A model generated the notes under the pieces. The model was not told the origin of the DNA. It saw only the letters and a program-made list of their open reading frames with translations, and did not search any database. A stretch of 64,000 nt of DNA from Azolla caroliniana. Lineage: Eukaryota; Plantae; Polypodiophyta. The position numbers and the translations under genes are program-made. The DNA is taken from the NCBI GenBank assembly GCA_043228905.1, contig JBHGNT010000015.1, positions 1,116,001 to 1,180,000 of the forward strand, written 5' to 3'. This document shows, one piece after another, positions 36,015 through 54,734 of the stretch. The first letter of the stretch is position 1; every line of letters starts with the position of its first letter.

Positions 36015-36365
36015 TAATTATCAACGAAGAGGTCTTCTAGTACATTGTGGGGTGCTACATGCAAAGACCTTTTTGATAACTATACGACATGTTGTCTTAT
36101 AAATATCAAAGACGAGGTCTTCTAGTACATTGTGAGGTGCTACATGCAAAGACCTCTTTGATAATTATATTGTCTCAGAGACGTCTTTTAGCAAATCGTG
36201 TTTTGTTGTATGCAAAGGCATCTTGTTGCGTAGTTACCAAAGAAGTCTTTAAGTACATCGCATGGTGTTGCATGCAACGGCATCTTTGATGACTATACTC
36301 TCATATAATTATCGAAGATCAAGTCTTTTAGTACATCGTGGGTGTTACATGCAAAGGCACCAACA
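36015..36365. repeat. Degenerate tandem repeat of about 60-90 bp
   Basis: Variants of GTCTTCTAGTACATTGT..GGTGCTACATGCAAAGAC recur four to five times. Confidence 0.7.
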
Positions 36366-37099
36366 TTTTTCGCGGAAATTCAAATCATTTTAAGTCTACA
36401 AATAATTTAGTGCTACATAGCAATATGTATAAATTTAAGTGCATACATGGCAACAATTCGAGCATTGATTTTCCAACCATAACAATTTGTGGTTACGATT
36501 CGCTCAATATTATATTTAACCAAGAAACTACAGATTCAATTCCCCTTGTAATCAATGATCACAGTCGTACAACAGAGTGATCCTGATGATGAATTGTTTG
36601 GTGACACCAACCATTTAGTTTAATCAATGTAAAGTTGGAACTCTCCCTTTTTCTTTATGATTAGAAACAAAACAAAGCTGGTACAATCAATCATGGAATC
36701 ACATGCCACACTCCAGAAACAGTTGCAAATAAAATAAGAAATCAATCTGTGTATTATGAATATGATTTACATATAAGAAATTCCTTTGCACTTATCTTTC
36801 AATTTTAACTCATCCTTCAGAGATTTGGGCTCTTGCTTTAAATGCAAGAGATCAAGAGTTCAGGTCCCCCCCCCCCCCCCGAAAAAAATAAAGCCAAACA
36901 CATGAACTACATCTCAAAAATAAAAACAAGAAAATGATGCCTTGGCTAGGGTTTGGAATATGTACAAACAAAACTCGCCAGCAAAAGGAAGTTCATGAGA
37001 ACCAGATATGACATTATACATGGAGAGGAAGAATTCTCAAAGGGAATATGGTGTATATATAGATAGATAGATATAATTTCTACAAATCAGGGTGCACTT

Positions 37100-41407
<4,308 letters not shown>

Positions 41408-44400
41408 ATTTGGCAGTCTTCTTCTTGTAGGAAGGGGTTTTCTGCTTAAATATCAAAACTACTACTTAGGACTTAACAATACAAATGCATCACTTTCTCT
41501 GCTCCATCAGACACGTTCTCCATCTCCTTGTGATCTATCTTCACAATTCAAAGCCTTTTAGCTTACCATAACATAATCATCACCATCAGTATTATCTCTG
41601 TCGATCCGATTGAGAATTGAAACTCTCATTCAATTGCATCAATGAATTTGCTTTTATGGTTTTACACTAAAGATTTGGTGGGATGCAGTCTAGATTGAAT
41701 TAGAGGAGGGTATAAATGCAAATTGCAATGACAAATGATTCTAAGACCTTTTTTGTGGTTTGGAACTTCTAACTAACTAGCTAGAAAATAACAAGATGTA
41801 ATTGAGAGATCAGAACTGATGAGCCACTAATTTAAGCCATAGCCATAGCCATGAGATTGATGAGCTACTGAATGGAAAGAAAAGAAGGAAAGAAATGGCT
41901 TCCCCTTCCTGCTTTTCTGTTCTTCTCCTTCGACTTCTGCCAAGAAAACTATGGCCAATCTCCGCCCTTCTCATTAATCAATCAGGGAAAGAAGAAGACA
42001 TAAATTGCCCATCACAATTATAGAAAGGAGGAATGAATTCAAAAACTCTTCTTTAATATTTCCTTTTACACCAAATTATAAAAAGAAAGAAAAAGACATT
42101 ATTTTTTATCATTAAATTTTTTTAATAGAAATAAAACGATAAAGAGTTGAATTTAACTTTTTTCATTTTTTAAACTCCGCAAGCATTTCATTTGCTTATA
42201 TTTTAAATGCATTCTTTTTTGTTTTGTTCTTGCTGTTTTTGATGCAAAAAGATAGTCGCAACAAAAATTTACATCAATCTCAGTTTTTCTCTGATTTTAA
42301 TTATATTCTTTTCTGTAGCCCAAATTTTCTTTTAAAATTTCATTGTTTCTTTGCATGCTCTATATCTATACATATATACATATACATTATAATCAAAATA
42401 TGAAAGAAAAACTTCTTAATCAAGAAACAATTTGCGTTTTAGCTTTTCCCTTTTGATTTTCTGCTTTTTGCTTTTTTTAAAACTGTCGCTACCTTAATGC
42501 AAAATGATGAATTCAATCCGTTCGTTTCCTTTTTTTTCTTTTTCGTTTCCTTTTTTACATTGTAATGATGTCCTAAGAAATCAAAAGCTTTTCTTTCATT
42601 TCTCTTCCTCTGTAATTTAATGAGAAACATGGAGTGTGTCGATTTAACTGATTTAGTTATATTCGGAGGGAGATTAAATAAACTAGAAAGAAGAAAATAA
42701 AAGAAGACTGATTAAAAATGGTGGTAACAAAAAGATTTGGTAACCGTTGGATTTAGCTGCCTCCAAATCTCATCATTTCAATGGAGAAACTACACTCAAC
42801 AATGAATGATCATTTGATATATGATTACACATATAGGTAGCTGCTTTGAATCATGATTAGAGCCTAATTAAACATAGACTAGTCTTAATCAAATCTGGAT
42901 TAGTCCCTAACCACGAGCCTCGGATTAGGCCTTAATATGTTGGATTATCCCTCACGGAACGGCTTTTACTACATTGATGAGAGACCATTCTCGCCTTCGG
43001 ATGCGTGTGAAACACATGCATGATGGTTTTTACGAAGTCCCGGGGGCTTTATTTTAAGAGAAGATTGTGAAAAAGAAGAAGAAGAATTACAATTGATGAT
43101 GTGCCAAACTACATTACATTGATTATTAGTTAAAAAAAGGTATTGGAAGTTGGGATGGATGATGTATGGGAGACAAGGGAAGTTCTTTGTTAAAAGTAGC
43201 GAATGCAAACTTGGTAAATGTGACTTATTGACCCCCCTTGTCCCTAGGGAAAAAAGTTTCGCCTGATCATAAAGCAAAGGTTAACCACCTCATATTTCAC
43301 CTTAGACTTTAGAAATAAGGTATCTTCTCTAGGTATGCCATCAATTGGCTAATGGCCTCCTTGGGATACAATAATGGCTTATCAAACACCGAATGGATTC
43401 AAAGAGAGGACGTGATGTAAAAGTGACAAACCAAATTATGGCTCGTGAGGATAAGTTGTAGAAAATTAGATATGCAATGTTATAGTATATGATCCATGAG
43501 AGTTAACCTCTAAAATTCATTGCATCTTGAGAAAGAATGGTTGACAATTAGGGCATGCTCTCTTGGTCCTCATAACCAATGTCATCTATTATTAGATTGT
43601 GCACGAAATTGTAATATAAATGAAATAATCACGGTGCAGGGATATGTGAAGCCATAGTATTCTTACCAAATATGTAAATGAAGCAATTGATATATATATA
43701 TATATAGAGAGAGAGAGATGTTAAACCAATACTCTCTTGCATGTACACAATGTGTGATTGCACCAATGGTGAGTTGTTGACAAAACAAAATGCGCATGAT
43801 AGTTGCAAAAACAAAAGATAGGAGATGGGAGGTGAGAGAAAATGATAGATGAGATCCATGGTATTTAAATGAGTGATAACTCTTAATAGATTAACTTATG
43901 AAAACAACACATGCACAACTTGAAGGAAATTGTAAAACTGGTGGAGTCGAACTCGTTAGTTTATCTTGTTTTAGGGACGGGAAAGGTAGGAAGGGCACTC
44001 TAAAATCCAATGTCACATGATAATAAAAACATGGCTTAACCACTAAGGTTCTACCTTGAACAAATTCTAAATTTGCTTCCATCATGAACATGACATTTGC
44101 CCAACCCTCAAATCCACATCTTCAATGATGCACGACACAAGCATTCCCAAAAGTAACGTGCATGGATTGTTTGTGGAATATAATTTCACACCCAAAGTCT
44201 TTTCTATAATGCTCAAAGTCAATGCATTATCATGTAATGTCTTGTTTTTATCTTTGAGTTTGAGGATTCCCCTTCATGTGGATGGTATTTTACATGTCAT
44301 GGTGCACCCACTACCGCAACGAATTGTGTAAAGAAGTGATTGCAATATACTCCTTGTAGCTATCATATACAAACTCCCTGAACAACATACAATTTGCCAT

Positions 44401-46383
44401 CATATTACCAATGCATTGAGATGCGCATACCGATGTAAAAGAAAAGCAAAAGTAGAAAGAGTTTAATTGCGTGCTTTTAAAATTGCTTTACAGGAATCAA
44501 AATCTAAGTAAAAGAGAAATGAAATTATCGCGATGAGCTTACATCCCAATTGTACACTCCTTGCACTTGAAAGGCATAAGAAAGTCATGTTGTGGTTGGT
44601 GGCGCATACGGAAATATAAAACTTTCATTGTTGGTAGTTAGTTGTATTCTTGTTCTCGATAAAATAAGATAGGAAGTGATTCAAAAATCACGGAAGCAAG
44701 TCTCATGTCAATTGCATGTAATTGTCTGTTTATAGTAGATTATGCAATGACCAACATGTCAAAGATATAACTATCACGTGTAGGAGAATATATTATGACA
44801 CATGACACAAAATCATGAACTTCCAAGGCCTTGAGTCAAACAATACTCTTCAAGAAAGCAAACACACACACGCATGCATGCACGCACACACATATACATA
44901 GATGTTTCATGCATTTACAAAAATAATAATGGTCGATTACGACATTGTCATGAAATCCTTTGGAAGTTCGTAGTAAAAATACAAGCTAGGAAAGAAAGGA
45001 GGTCTGCAATACTCTATGTTTCCAACGTTGTCCACAACTTTGATAAAATCCATAGGCGAAAAGACGATAAAAAAAGGTGGGACAAATGAAAGAAGATAAA
45101 AAAAAAGTGGGACAAATGACCGATTCGCCTTTAAATATAAAAAAGTGATGCTAACTAATATTTGGATCAATGTTCTACCAAAGTCAATGCTAAAAAACGA
45201 AAAAATATTACTTGTAGCATTTCACGCTTTCCTCGTTGAGCATATAATTACGAGAGCACGTGTTTGAATTTACCACTATTAGTAGTATATTGTGGCATTT
45301 GCTGAGGTGTAACCATCTTATGAGGCCGTGTCTTTTAAATGATTTTTTTTAAGGAAATGATAAGATTTGTGTAGATTATATAGCATCTTATTCAATTGGA
45401 TTTACATAACTTGCAGTTAAATGAATACAAGTTTGTGCATTGATTGTGCATTATTATCATCAACGCACAACTTGAGATAATAACGACATTAAACATACTC
45501 ATAGAGCTAGAGAAACGGAGAGGGATAGGACCCGAAGGCAATGGGTACACCAAGTCCAACTTTCCTCCATAACATTACATTTCCGCAAACTATCAATTTC
45601 AAATGTATTCAAGACACAAGGATCCCTATTGACCTTGAAACCGCATAAACTTGTAATATAATTAAGACTATATATCTTATGAGACTATTATTTCTTCTTG
45701 ATTAGTGCAACAATAATAAATTATACACTACATTGTAAGCCACAAAAAAATGGGATATAGATACATCCAGATCCAAACCTAAAGTGGATCCTTTAATGTG
45801 CACCGTGGTGTGGGATAGTGATATATCGCCGAGTCTCAAAATCATAAGCTTTTAAATATGATGAAAACTAGGTATCCTTCAATATTGCTATATTAAATAT
45901 ATATATCAACAAGTGACAAAAAGGTATAAAGAGTACTTGTAATAGAGTTAAGCTTGAATATAACACACTAAAGAGGAGCCACAAGTTGAACATCAAGTAA
46001 CGTAATATATTCCTCCATTGATGTTACCGACATCATGTTGGAGCTTAGCATTTCTTTTCAAATTTCCATGCTCCCTAACTAATAAACAATACGTCGTGGT
46101 TATGCTTTGATCACACGTCAAGTAATATTGCATGTACCTTGATCTTGATAGCACATCATTCAAATATATTTAAAACCTTAAACTACCCTATTTTGCTCCG
46201 GATCAAATAGTTGCCAAATATCGATGCCATTTCTTCTCATCGCCGATGAATTGTCCAAAAATATATACAATGAACATTACTTTGACTACATGAGGTAATA
46301 TTTGTAAAGAGCTAATAGATTTAGTTATATACAACCAACTAGATTAAATAAGATTTGTGTTATGTATGTGCGTGTGCGTGTGA

Positions 46384-46520
46384 GAATAGAATAGATGTTT
46401 TATAACCCATGAGGAGACCGATTTCGACCTATGGGACCATATAAATATATCATCTTGCATATGGCTCCTTCCTAAGAAGGGGGATTACTACTCTTTAGAA
46501 AAAACTCTCTATGTGAAAAG
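46384..46520 (+). repeat. Short dispersed repeat, copy 2
   Basis: Homologous to 15017-15155; flanked by dinucleotide microsatellites. Confidence 0.75.
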
Positions 46521-47002
46521 AATGAATGTGTGTGCGAGAGAAAGAGATTGTATTATCATTTTCGGAGGTCACATATGACCTATGAGTTCAAAGATGTTAC
46601 ATTTTCAAGTAATAAATGTGAAAGTGAGCAACAATTCTCGATTTTCAAGAACTTTACTAATTAATGTTGCAATCGAGAGTGCACATTGTGATTGTGAGAG
46701 GAATTTGTGCAAGGATTGGGTTTGGTTTAAGTTATGCAAAAAGCATAGTCAAATGTGGTTAAACACAAAGCATTATATCAAAGTGTGATACTCAAACTCC
46801 CAAACTTGTTTCGGGCAAAGTGTGAATAATTGACTACTCTCATCACTTGTGCCCCAACTCCTTGTCTTACATCGCATTGTGTGTGAGCTATGTCGTTGGG
46901 AAGCAATGGATCGGATGGCCGACAACTTTACTAATCAAACATGTATCACTATTTGTGGTTTCCCTGTTTGACAAAGAATATGGTTTTCTAATTAGGTGCA
47001 AC

Positions 47003-47075
47003 CATAAAATGAACCATACGTACCATACGTGCACTCACATTCGAGAATGATTCAATCAAACGTGTATGCTAAATC
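47003..47075. mobile_element. Terminus related to the right end of the hAT MITE at 7971-8242
   Basis: CATAAAATGAACCATACGTACCATACGTGCACTCACATTCGAGAATGATT resembles the MITE reverse complement CATAGCATGAACCACATGTACCATACGTGCATGATCATTCACGAATGATT. Confidence 0.65.
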
Positions 47076-47099
47076 ATCTCAAAGTTGGAAAAAATAATA

Positions 47100-47485
47100 C
47101 ATATGCACCGTACTTATGCATATGCATAAGACTAATTCACATACATAAATAAGTTAGATTGGGTTTAACATTGAGAAAATTTATTGTGATTTGTACTACA
47201 TATACACAAGATTAACTCACATACATAAGTAAATCAGATTGGATGTATCACAGAGAAAATTGATTGCGATTTTTAATGCATATGCACAAGATTAATTCAA
47301 ATACATTAATAAACTAGATTAGGTGTATCAATGAGAAAACTGATGTGATTTTTACTGCATATGCACATTGCAAACGATTAACTCACATACATAAATAAAT
47401 CATATTGGGTGTATCACTAAGAAAATTGATTGTGATTTCTATTGCATATGCACAAAGATTAATTCACATATACAAATAAATCAAA
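47100..47485. repeat. Tandem array, about five units of 80-86 bp
   Basis: Variants of GATTAA.TCACATACATAAATAA at about 47130, 47210, 47290, 47376 and 47457. Confidence 0.9.
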
Positions 47486-48129
47486 ATGTTTACGTTTATC
47501 TAGTGAATACCTTATTCTCAAGTATGGTTTTGGAACCTCTTGTGACCAATGATTTGGATCATTAGGTTGAAGAGAAAACCAGAAACATGATACAACGCGT
47601 GTTCTCAACATTGTGTTAATAACATCGAGGGAGATAACACGGTTGTTAAATGCAGATAACAGACCAATCGTTGAATCATTGGATTGAATGCCATTTTGTG
47701 AGCATAATGACGTCGATAGATTCATGGACTGGTGATGCCTATGATTAGAAGCAACATTATTGGAGGTATAATCTTGTTGTGAAATTAATCTAGCCTTGCC
47801 GCTCCGGATAATTAAATCAAATTGTAATAGGCTATTGTCATAAGCGTTATAAGGGTTTTTGATAGCGTTTTTTACCTTGATGTTCCCTTCATCATCACAT
47901 AAAGCCTTGATATGATCTAATGCATGCCATTGTTGAAGCTTTGCATCTCTTATGTTAAAACTAAATGGTAGAGCATGAATTATTGCGGAGGCTTTGGAAT
48001 GGCCTCCTTGGAGAACATTGAAGCGTTTACAATCGGTGAAACGACACACTCTTGAAAAAAATTACAAAAAAGGGAAAAAAAGGAACACATTTTTCCCTTT
48101 CCAAATGTTTTAAGAATCTAACACTTAGT

Positions 48130-49135
48130 TTCTCCACTATTGCATGTGTTCTCAAATGCATAATATGCTCTCTTTCTTGCCTTTACGTAAAAGGTAGCAC
48201 ATTCATTCCATCTCTAATTTGATGGAACCTCAAGGCCAATGTATTCAAAGCTTTCCACAATTTCAAGTAGCTCATTATTGTATATAATACATAGTTTTTC
48301 CCTTGGTTCTTCACTAATATAATCCTTGTTTTAGAGTTGTTGACACTTTAATATGTATGCAAAAATCTTCCAATGCTTAATGCCCTTATAAGCTTTTGCA
48401 CATCTCTTAAATTATTTGCGAAAAGCACCACATCGTTCACATACAACAAAAACATGATGACTACATTTGTAATAATAACTTTTTCAACGCTTTCTTTCTT
48501 TATAAACTTGGCAACCATTTGTTCTAGTTAATCAATGCATAAACCAAATATAATTGGTTAGAATGGGCATCCTTGCTTAACACGAATAGTTCCACCAATA
48601 GTGATATTGAATGTTTTTGAAAATGTATCACCCATACACACACAACATATAACATTTTTATATATTTGGGAAATTGATAGCATATATTCACTTGACACTC
48701 CAAGTTCCTCCATTCGCCTCGAAAGATGTTTATGAGGTACCACATCAAAAGCTTTCTTAAAGTCTACGAAGCAAAAATCTAAACCCTTCCTTTTCAAGCG
48801 ACTTTTCTCCATTAATACTTGAAGGGTGACAAAGTGATTAATGGTGCTATGGTGTTACCGAAAGGCAACTTGTCCATAAGCTCTCTCACCATTTTTTTTA
48901 GCCCATGCACTTACATTCGATTCCATCATACATCCAAATAATTTTGCCATGAGCAAGTTGACCATGATGGTTCGATAATTGTATAAATTATTTACATCTC
49001 CACCTTTACGCAAACATTTGATCCAATTTGTACTCCAATAATCGGGCATGCCATGTTGCAATACATGATTAAACATCTCACTTATCCATGCATGTGCTTC
49101 CTTTCCCATCCATTTGAGCATTTCAACCTTTCTCT
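48130..49135 (-). mobile_element. RTE-type LINE reverse-transcriptase fragment
   Basis: KGGD..NYRTIM, CFVDFKKAFD and VKQGCP motifs in ORFs 48558-49121. Confidence 0.88.
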
Positions 49136-50050
49136 TGTCTTTTGAGAGACCAATTTCTTACATCCTACACATACATCTTTAATCGTAAAGAGGGGAGACA
49201 TGTGAATGAGAACCATAACATATCATCTTTATGGCAATTGTTAGCTTGACATATAAATTCTTATAATGCATAGGTAAGTCCTTTAGAGTTAAGTTACCAT
49301 ACTCTCAATTGTTAGCTCATATAAATTCTTACAATACATAGAAAAGCCCATTAGGGTTAAGTTACAATAACTCTCAATTGTTAGCTCATATAAACAAGTC
49401 CGTTTGAGTTAAGTCACAATAACTCTCAACACGTTTTCCCTTTAGATTCCCCCAAAATTTAGCATAAATCAATTTCACCCCAAATATCCTATCATCTTTT
49501 ATCTACCATGTCACACGTCCCACAATCAAATTGTCGATTGGCATACTCACTTTATCAATTTTTCTCTTAAGCATTGCCAACCCCAAGTCATTTTCTCACA
49601 TGTCTTCGTGAGCTCTCTCTAGGTTCTCGTCTCTATTCCAAGCTTCACACTAGTCTTAATGAGTCGTCTCCTAACTCCTTGTCTTTGTTTGAGTTCTAGC
49701 TTAGCAATTAATCAAGTTTCAACTTTCCACCCATCAATTCTCCTCCATTTTTACTCTTACAATAGCTCTGATTTCCACACGCCCTTACAATCGATGATTG
49801 TACTCTATTAGAGCTACTTCAAACCACATCTTCCTTGTAGAATTCCCAACTCGATGAGTTTACCACCTTAGTTCTTGCTAAAAAACCAAGATGAGCTCCC
49901 AAAAGTATGGCGGTCCACCACTCGCAGGATGTAGATATATCCCTCCCCAAATGCAAGCATGGATTTTGGTCATGATCACATTCCTTATTAATGGTGGCCT
50001 TTTACCAATAATTGCTTCACAATGCATGCTTGCATATGGCTCCCCTGTCT

Positions 50051-50170
50051 TTGTTACACTAGCCTTTCTGGAGCTCATCTTGTTACGGATTTTTCTACTA
50101 AGGCCGAGTTGAAGTTTCAGTCTAAAAAATCCGCAACAAGATGAGCTCCCAAAAAAGAACAGTGTAACAA
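50051..50170. repeat. 120-bp fold-back palindrome (MITE-like or hairpin precursor)
   Basis: The arm TTGTTACACT..GGAGCTCATCTTGTTACGGATTTTT pairs with AAAAATCCGCAACAAGATGAGCTCC..AGTGTAACAA. Confidence 0.85.
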
Positions 50171-50304
50171 TCCATATATTTGAGGTTTGATGGAAGTGAA
50201 AAAAACCATGTATCTAAAAGAGCATATATCATACCAAGATTCCAAAGTATGGTTGGTCTTGTTCAACTATTGGTAGCGTAGTGCCGCCCATTATCTACAA
50301 ATTA

Positions 50305-50495
50305 TGCAAATTGTGCTTTTCTCTTCCATTGGTATCTGCCCTAATCAATGCAATACACTTCACATTAACTACAGTTTGTGCAATTTGTGTTTTTCTCTTT
50401 CATTTGTATCTGCCCTAATCAATGCAATACACTTGTTTGTGCAATTTGTGCTTTTCTCTTCCATTTGTATCTGCCCTAATCAATGCAATACACTT
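50305..50495. repeat. Three tandem copies of about 60-70 bp
   Basis: GTATCTGCCCTAATCAATGCAATACACTT occurs three times. Confidence 0.9.
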
Positions 50496-50999
50496 CCGAG
50501 GTACCATTATGAGGTGGTTCACATTACCATGGACATCAATCACAATGACCATCATCGCCATTTTCACCTTCATTCACATGCCTGGGAGAATACTTATATA
50601 ATAATACACCCAATGCAATCATGTATGACTCTCAAATAAGACTTGTGTTTACCTGTCATGAAGCCTCAGCATTTGTCAAGAGCAAATGAACTATGATATC
50701 TCATCCATCTATCTGAAATGTATGTACACAGCATTGGCAAAGGCATACAGAGGAAACCATTAGTTGATCCAAATCATAAATTCAACAAACCTCCACATAA
50801 TGCATCAATAAACAATGTTGGAATGATACGAGCATATCTGCGGAACACAAGATTTTGTGATATCCGCACGATTGTCCTTGTGCTTCTGCCGAACGAAATG
50901 CATAAACCAATCATTCATTCTATACCTTCAACTGTGTGTGCAAATCTAAACTGAGATCACATTTAGGGTCGGATACCTGCACAAAATCCATGTATCCAT

Positions 51000-51445
51000 A
51001 CATTAATACAGATGATCACTTTGATTGCCAAAATTTCCACAATCAATCATATTTCACATTCCTTATTTCGACTCCAAATGGTTTCACTCTTCCAGTGCCA
51101 CCACTTTCCAGCTTACATGAACAGTAAAAAAAATACCAGAGATAGTAAACAAGATCACACATAACAGAGATAAGTAAATCGAAGCATTGCTAAAGGTAAT
51201 GACTAAAGAAATAGAAATTTATGAACCGTGGTGCATGCAGATCTTTTTACGCACGATTTCCTCTTTCCATTATCTTTACTGCAATTTATGCTGATGTTCA
51301 TCTTGGACTCGACATTTTCCACTTAAATCCTCTCATCAACAATTTCAGCAGCACAAGCACTCACTAGATTGTATGGAGGTGGTTGCATATGCATGAAACT
51401 TACTACTTGCTAAGACCTCATCATCATTGGATCCGCATTCATTTG
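51000..51445 (-). pseudogene. Decayed fragment of a CIR1-like (CBF1-interacting corepressor-like zinc-knuckle) gene
   Basis: Manual translation gives VVSFMHMQPPPYNLVSACAAEIVDER and GRVKPFGVEIRNVK..CGNFG with stops and a frameshift. These resemble plant CIR1-family motifs as I recall them. Confidence 0.65.
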
Positions 51446-51899
51446 CTATCCAACTCTGGCATACACATGAGAGTAGGAAATGAATGGAAAAGCCGTAGCT
51501 GAACCGCATGAACAAGAATCCCTACCTTCTGAAGGGAAGAATGTACACTGTGTTCACCTTCAAGGTAAAAATAAATAAAAACATGATTTCCAAGTGTTTC
51601 TGGAATAGGTTCAATGAGTTCAGATGGTTGGCTCAATGATAAATTGCCTCATATGTTGCTGCTTGATGGGAATAGCCATTGCTCAGTTTTCTTATGCAGG
51701 TCTCCGGGGTAATCGATAAACTCCATCAGGGACTAACCCTAGAAATGCAGAGACAACAACATTTAAACCATGAGCCATAAACACTGAACATACCTGCACT
51801 TTGCTTCATGCATAGACCATTCCATCCTAGCCATTACCTTCAATTGCGAAAACCTGACTCTTAAGATCTATCCATTAAAAACGAATTTGATTCGCACAC

Positions 51900-52640
51900 T
51901 CGAGATCAGATTTAGCACCAACAAACATGGAACCTTTCAAAACTAGCAATGAAATGCTTGTCAACACAATCAAACAACTTAAAAAAGAGTCATTCAAAAG
52001 TTGAACAATCATTTCAGTCACATACAGAAACATATCACCCAAGGTCAAAGAGCATGTTTCTCATGCATTGTTTGTAAATCAGAATTAGATGAAAGGAAAA
52101 GTATAGGTTTGCCAGATTTAGCACCAACAACATGGAACCTTTAGAAACTAATAATGAAATGCCTGTCAACACAATCAGACAGCATAAAACAAGCCATGCA
52201 AAAGTTGAACAATCATTTCAGTCAAGAGCATATTTCTCATGCATTTTTTGTAAATCAGAATTAGATGAAATGAAAAGTATTGGTTAGCATACTCGAGATA
52301 AGATTGAGCACCAACAACATGGAATCTTTAGAGACTAACACTGAAATGCTTGTCAATAATCAAACAACATAAAACAAATCATTGAAACGTAGAACAATCA
52401 TTTCAGTCACATACAGAAACATATTACCCAAGGTCAAGAGCACAATTTCTCAGGCATTTTTTTGTAAATTAGAATTAGAAATGAAAAGCATTGGTTGGCA
52501 CAATCGGTCAGATTGAGTAAAATGGAATCTTTGGAAACTAGAAATGAAATGCTTGTCAACAAAATCAAACCAATATAAAACAAGTCATTCAAAAGTTGAA
52601 CAATCATTGGGCCACATACAGAAACATCTTACCCAAAGTT
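51900..52640. repeat. Tandem array, about four units of 188-208 bp
   Basis: AGATTTAGCACCAACA..ATGGAA..TGAAATGCTTGTCAAC..TGAACAATCATT at about 51907, 52113, 52301 and 52509. Confidence 0.9.
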
Positions 52641-52747
52641 GGAGCTTGTGGCCTCAATTTGGGCCAATTTATGGGCTCTCCAAAGATAGAGCTTGTGATG
52701 TTTCTCACACACCTACATAGAAGAACATCCCGGGAAAAGGGTTTCAT

Positions 52748-53220
52748 TCGCAACGGTTTGAACCGAACTGAACCGCAAAACTGTTGCTTAACGGCTTAAC
52801 AGTTTAAACGGTTCGGTTCGGTTCATGTTCAAGTTTTTTTTAACGCTTTGGTGTGGGGGGTGAACGGTCCGGTTTGATTTAAACAATTTGCCGGTTTTTT
52901 AATTTTTTTAATTTTTTAAAACAACCTTTTCATTTTAAAGCCTAATTCTCACATTTTAGGAAAAATCTTTAAATTTTGAAATAATGAAAAATTTTACAAA
53001 TTGAAAATTTAAATTTTGAGAAAACCGAAAATGAACCACGACACCCTGGTTTTAACGGTTTAATGGTTTAATAGTTTAACGGTTTGGTTTTTTTAATGGT
53101 TTCGATTTAACTAGTTTCATGGTTCGGTTCGGTTCAAGTTTCTAAACTTTTAAATGGTTTGGTTTCAAACCGGTTTAGTTTTGACACTTTCAAATTGAAC
53201 CGAACCATTGCAGATTGTTA
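52748..53220. mobile_element. AACCG-rich MITE, copy A (left end eroded)
   Basis: Many AACCG/CGGTT subterminal motifs; ends ATTGCAGATTGTTA; inverted homologue of 54735-55274. Confidence 0.8.
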
Positions 53221-54540
53221 TGTGAAAGTTAACGTTATACAAGTACTATCTGATGTTTAAGTGCCACATCCCATAAACACTTTCTTGAGGTTGTGCTTTC
53301 TTGTTGAGATGACATTATGCACATAAACAAGACTCGACTTGAATCCAAGTGGTTGTGAAGTACATTTTCGTAGGTAGCACAAAAGTGACTTTTTTTAGCT
53401 CGCTTACAAAAAAAGGTGGTCCCCGTTTACATTTGGGTGGCCATTTGGCCTAAAGCTCTAGAAGCAATTTTATTCTATCCCCCTTTTTCTTAGTCTTACC
53501 CTTAGCGTGGTACCTACGCCGATGTTGATGTCTTCATGGGGCCCTGCTACATACAATGGGCACTTATCAAATGGTTCTTCTATGTAAGTTGCGTGATAGA
53601 CCACACCATATTTTTTAGCATTTTCTAATGAATTTGTAGAAAAAATCCACAAACCCCAAGATTTATTGATTATGGTAGACAAATTGTGATAGTCTATTAG
53701 TCTCGACACTCTCGCAACTATATTGGATGCATATAGACACCTTTATGTAAATAATGTATGCCTAGAATCCCACTTGCTTTGCCATTGAAATTGCATTTCT
53801 CAGGTTTGGCATAGAGATCGTATTCACATACATAGCTTTATCATTCTTTTCAGCCTATGCACTTAACTTTGATTAAACATTTATATTGCTTTTCTCCCAC
53901 TATGTGTCATACTCCAAAGATACCACTTATCTAAACATGTACTTCCTTTCCACTGTATTTGAGCATTTTGGTCTTGATATAAGCTTGAAGATCTCTTGCA
54001 TTGCAAATGGTCAATTCCTTAATCGTTATGCATGCTTACTCAATAGTAAAGGTATGAGCCTTACCTTAGATTAGTTCTTACAACGGATATAAAAGTCCAT
54101 AATAGTTAAGTTACAATAATTCTCTACATGTTTCACTTTACGATTTCTCCAAAATTTGCCACATGCATTTGTTTTCTCTTTCATTCAACAATTCTTTTGC
54201 ATGAATGTCGATACTTTTAATGGTTTTTTCCTTATCTTTCACTACATCTAAAGTCGTAACATAGTTCAAGGAGACATGGGATCTCTTATCAAAAAGGTTT
54301 TTCCTTCAGCCACATTTATTGATGTCATTGCAATGCATATGCTTAATCAAGGGAAGGTGAGGTCATGGAGGTTTCTCTCCCCAACTTAGGTATTGCCTAG
54401 CTCTTGAGAAAACCTTAATGATAACCAAAATAATCAACTCCACGTTATGCCACTCATCATTAAAGCATGTAGACAATAGAACTCTTAATTATTGTTTAAT
54501 TGAAGTGGGGAGACAGGTGTTGTACCATAGTTGATAACAA

Positions 54541-54579
<39 letters not shown>

Positions 54580-54734
54580 TATGCCGAAGATAAGAACTTG
54601 TCTTAAAAAACACTAATAAACCATATAACCAACTATAAATGACACTATATACATGAGACGGGGCTTGAATTAGTAAAAAGTTAATAAAAGTCTTGTGATG
54701 ATGGATTAGTGAGTCACATATCCAAGGTATCATT

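Noticed and set aside
41600-46300. Short ORFs upstream of the kinase
   Set aside because: AT-rich intergenic sequence with no motifs or consistent splice structure.
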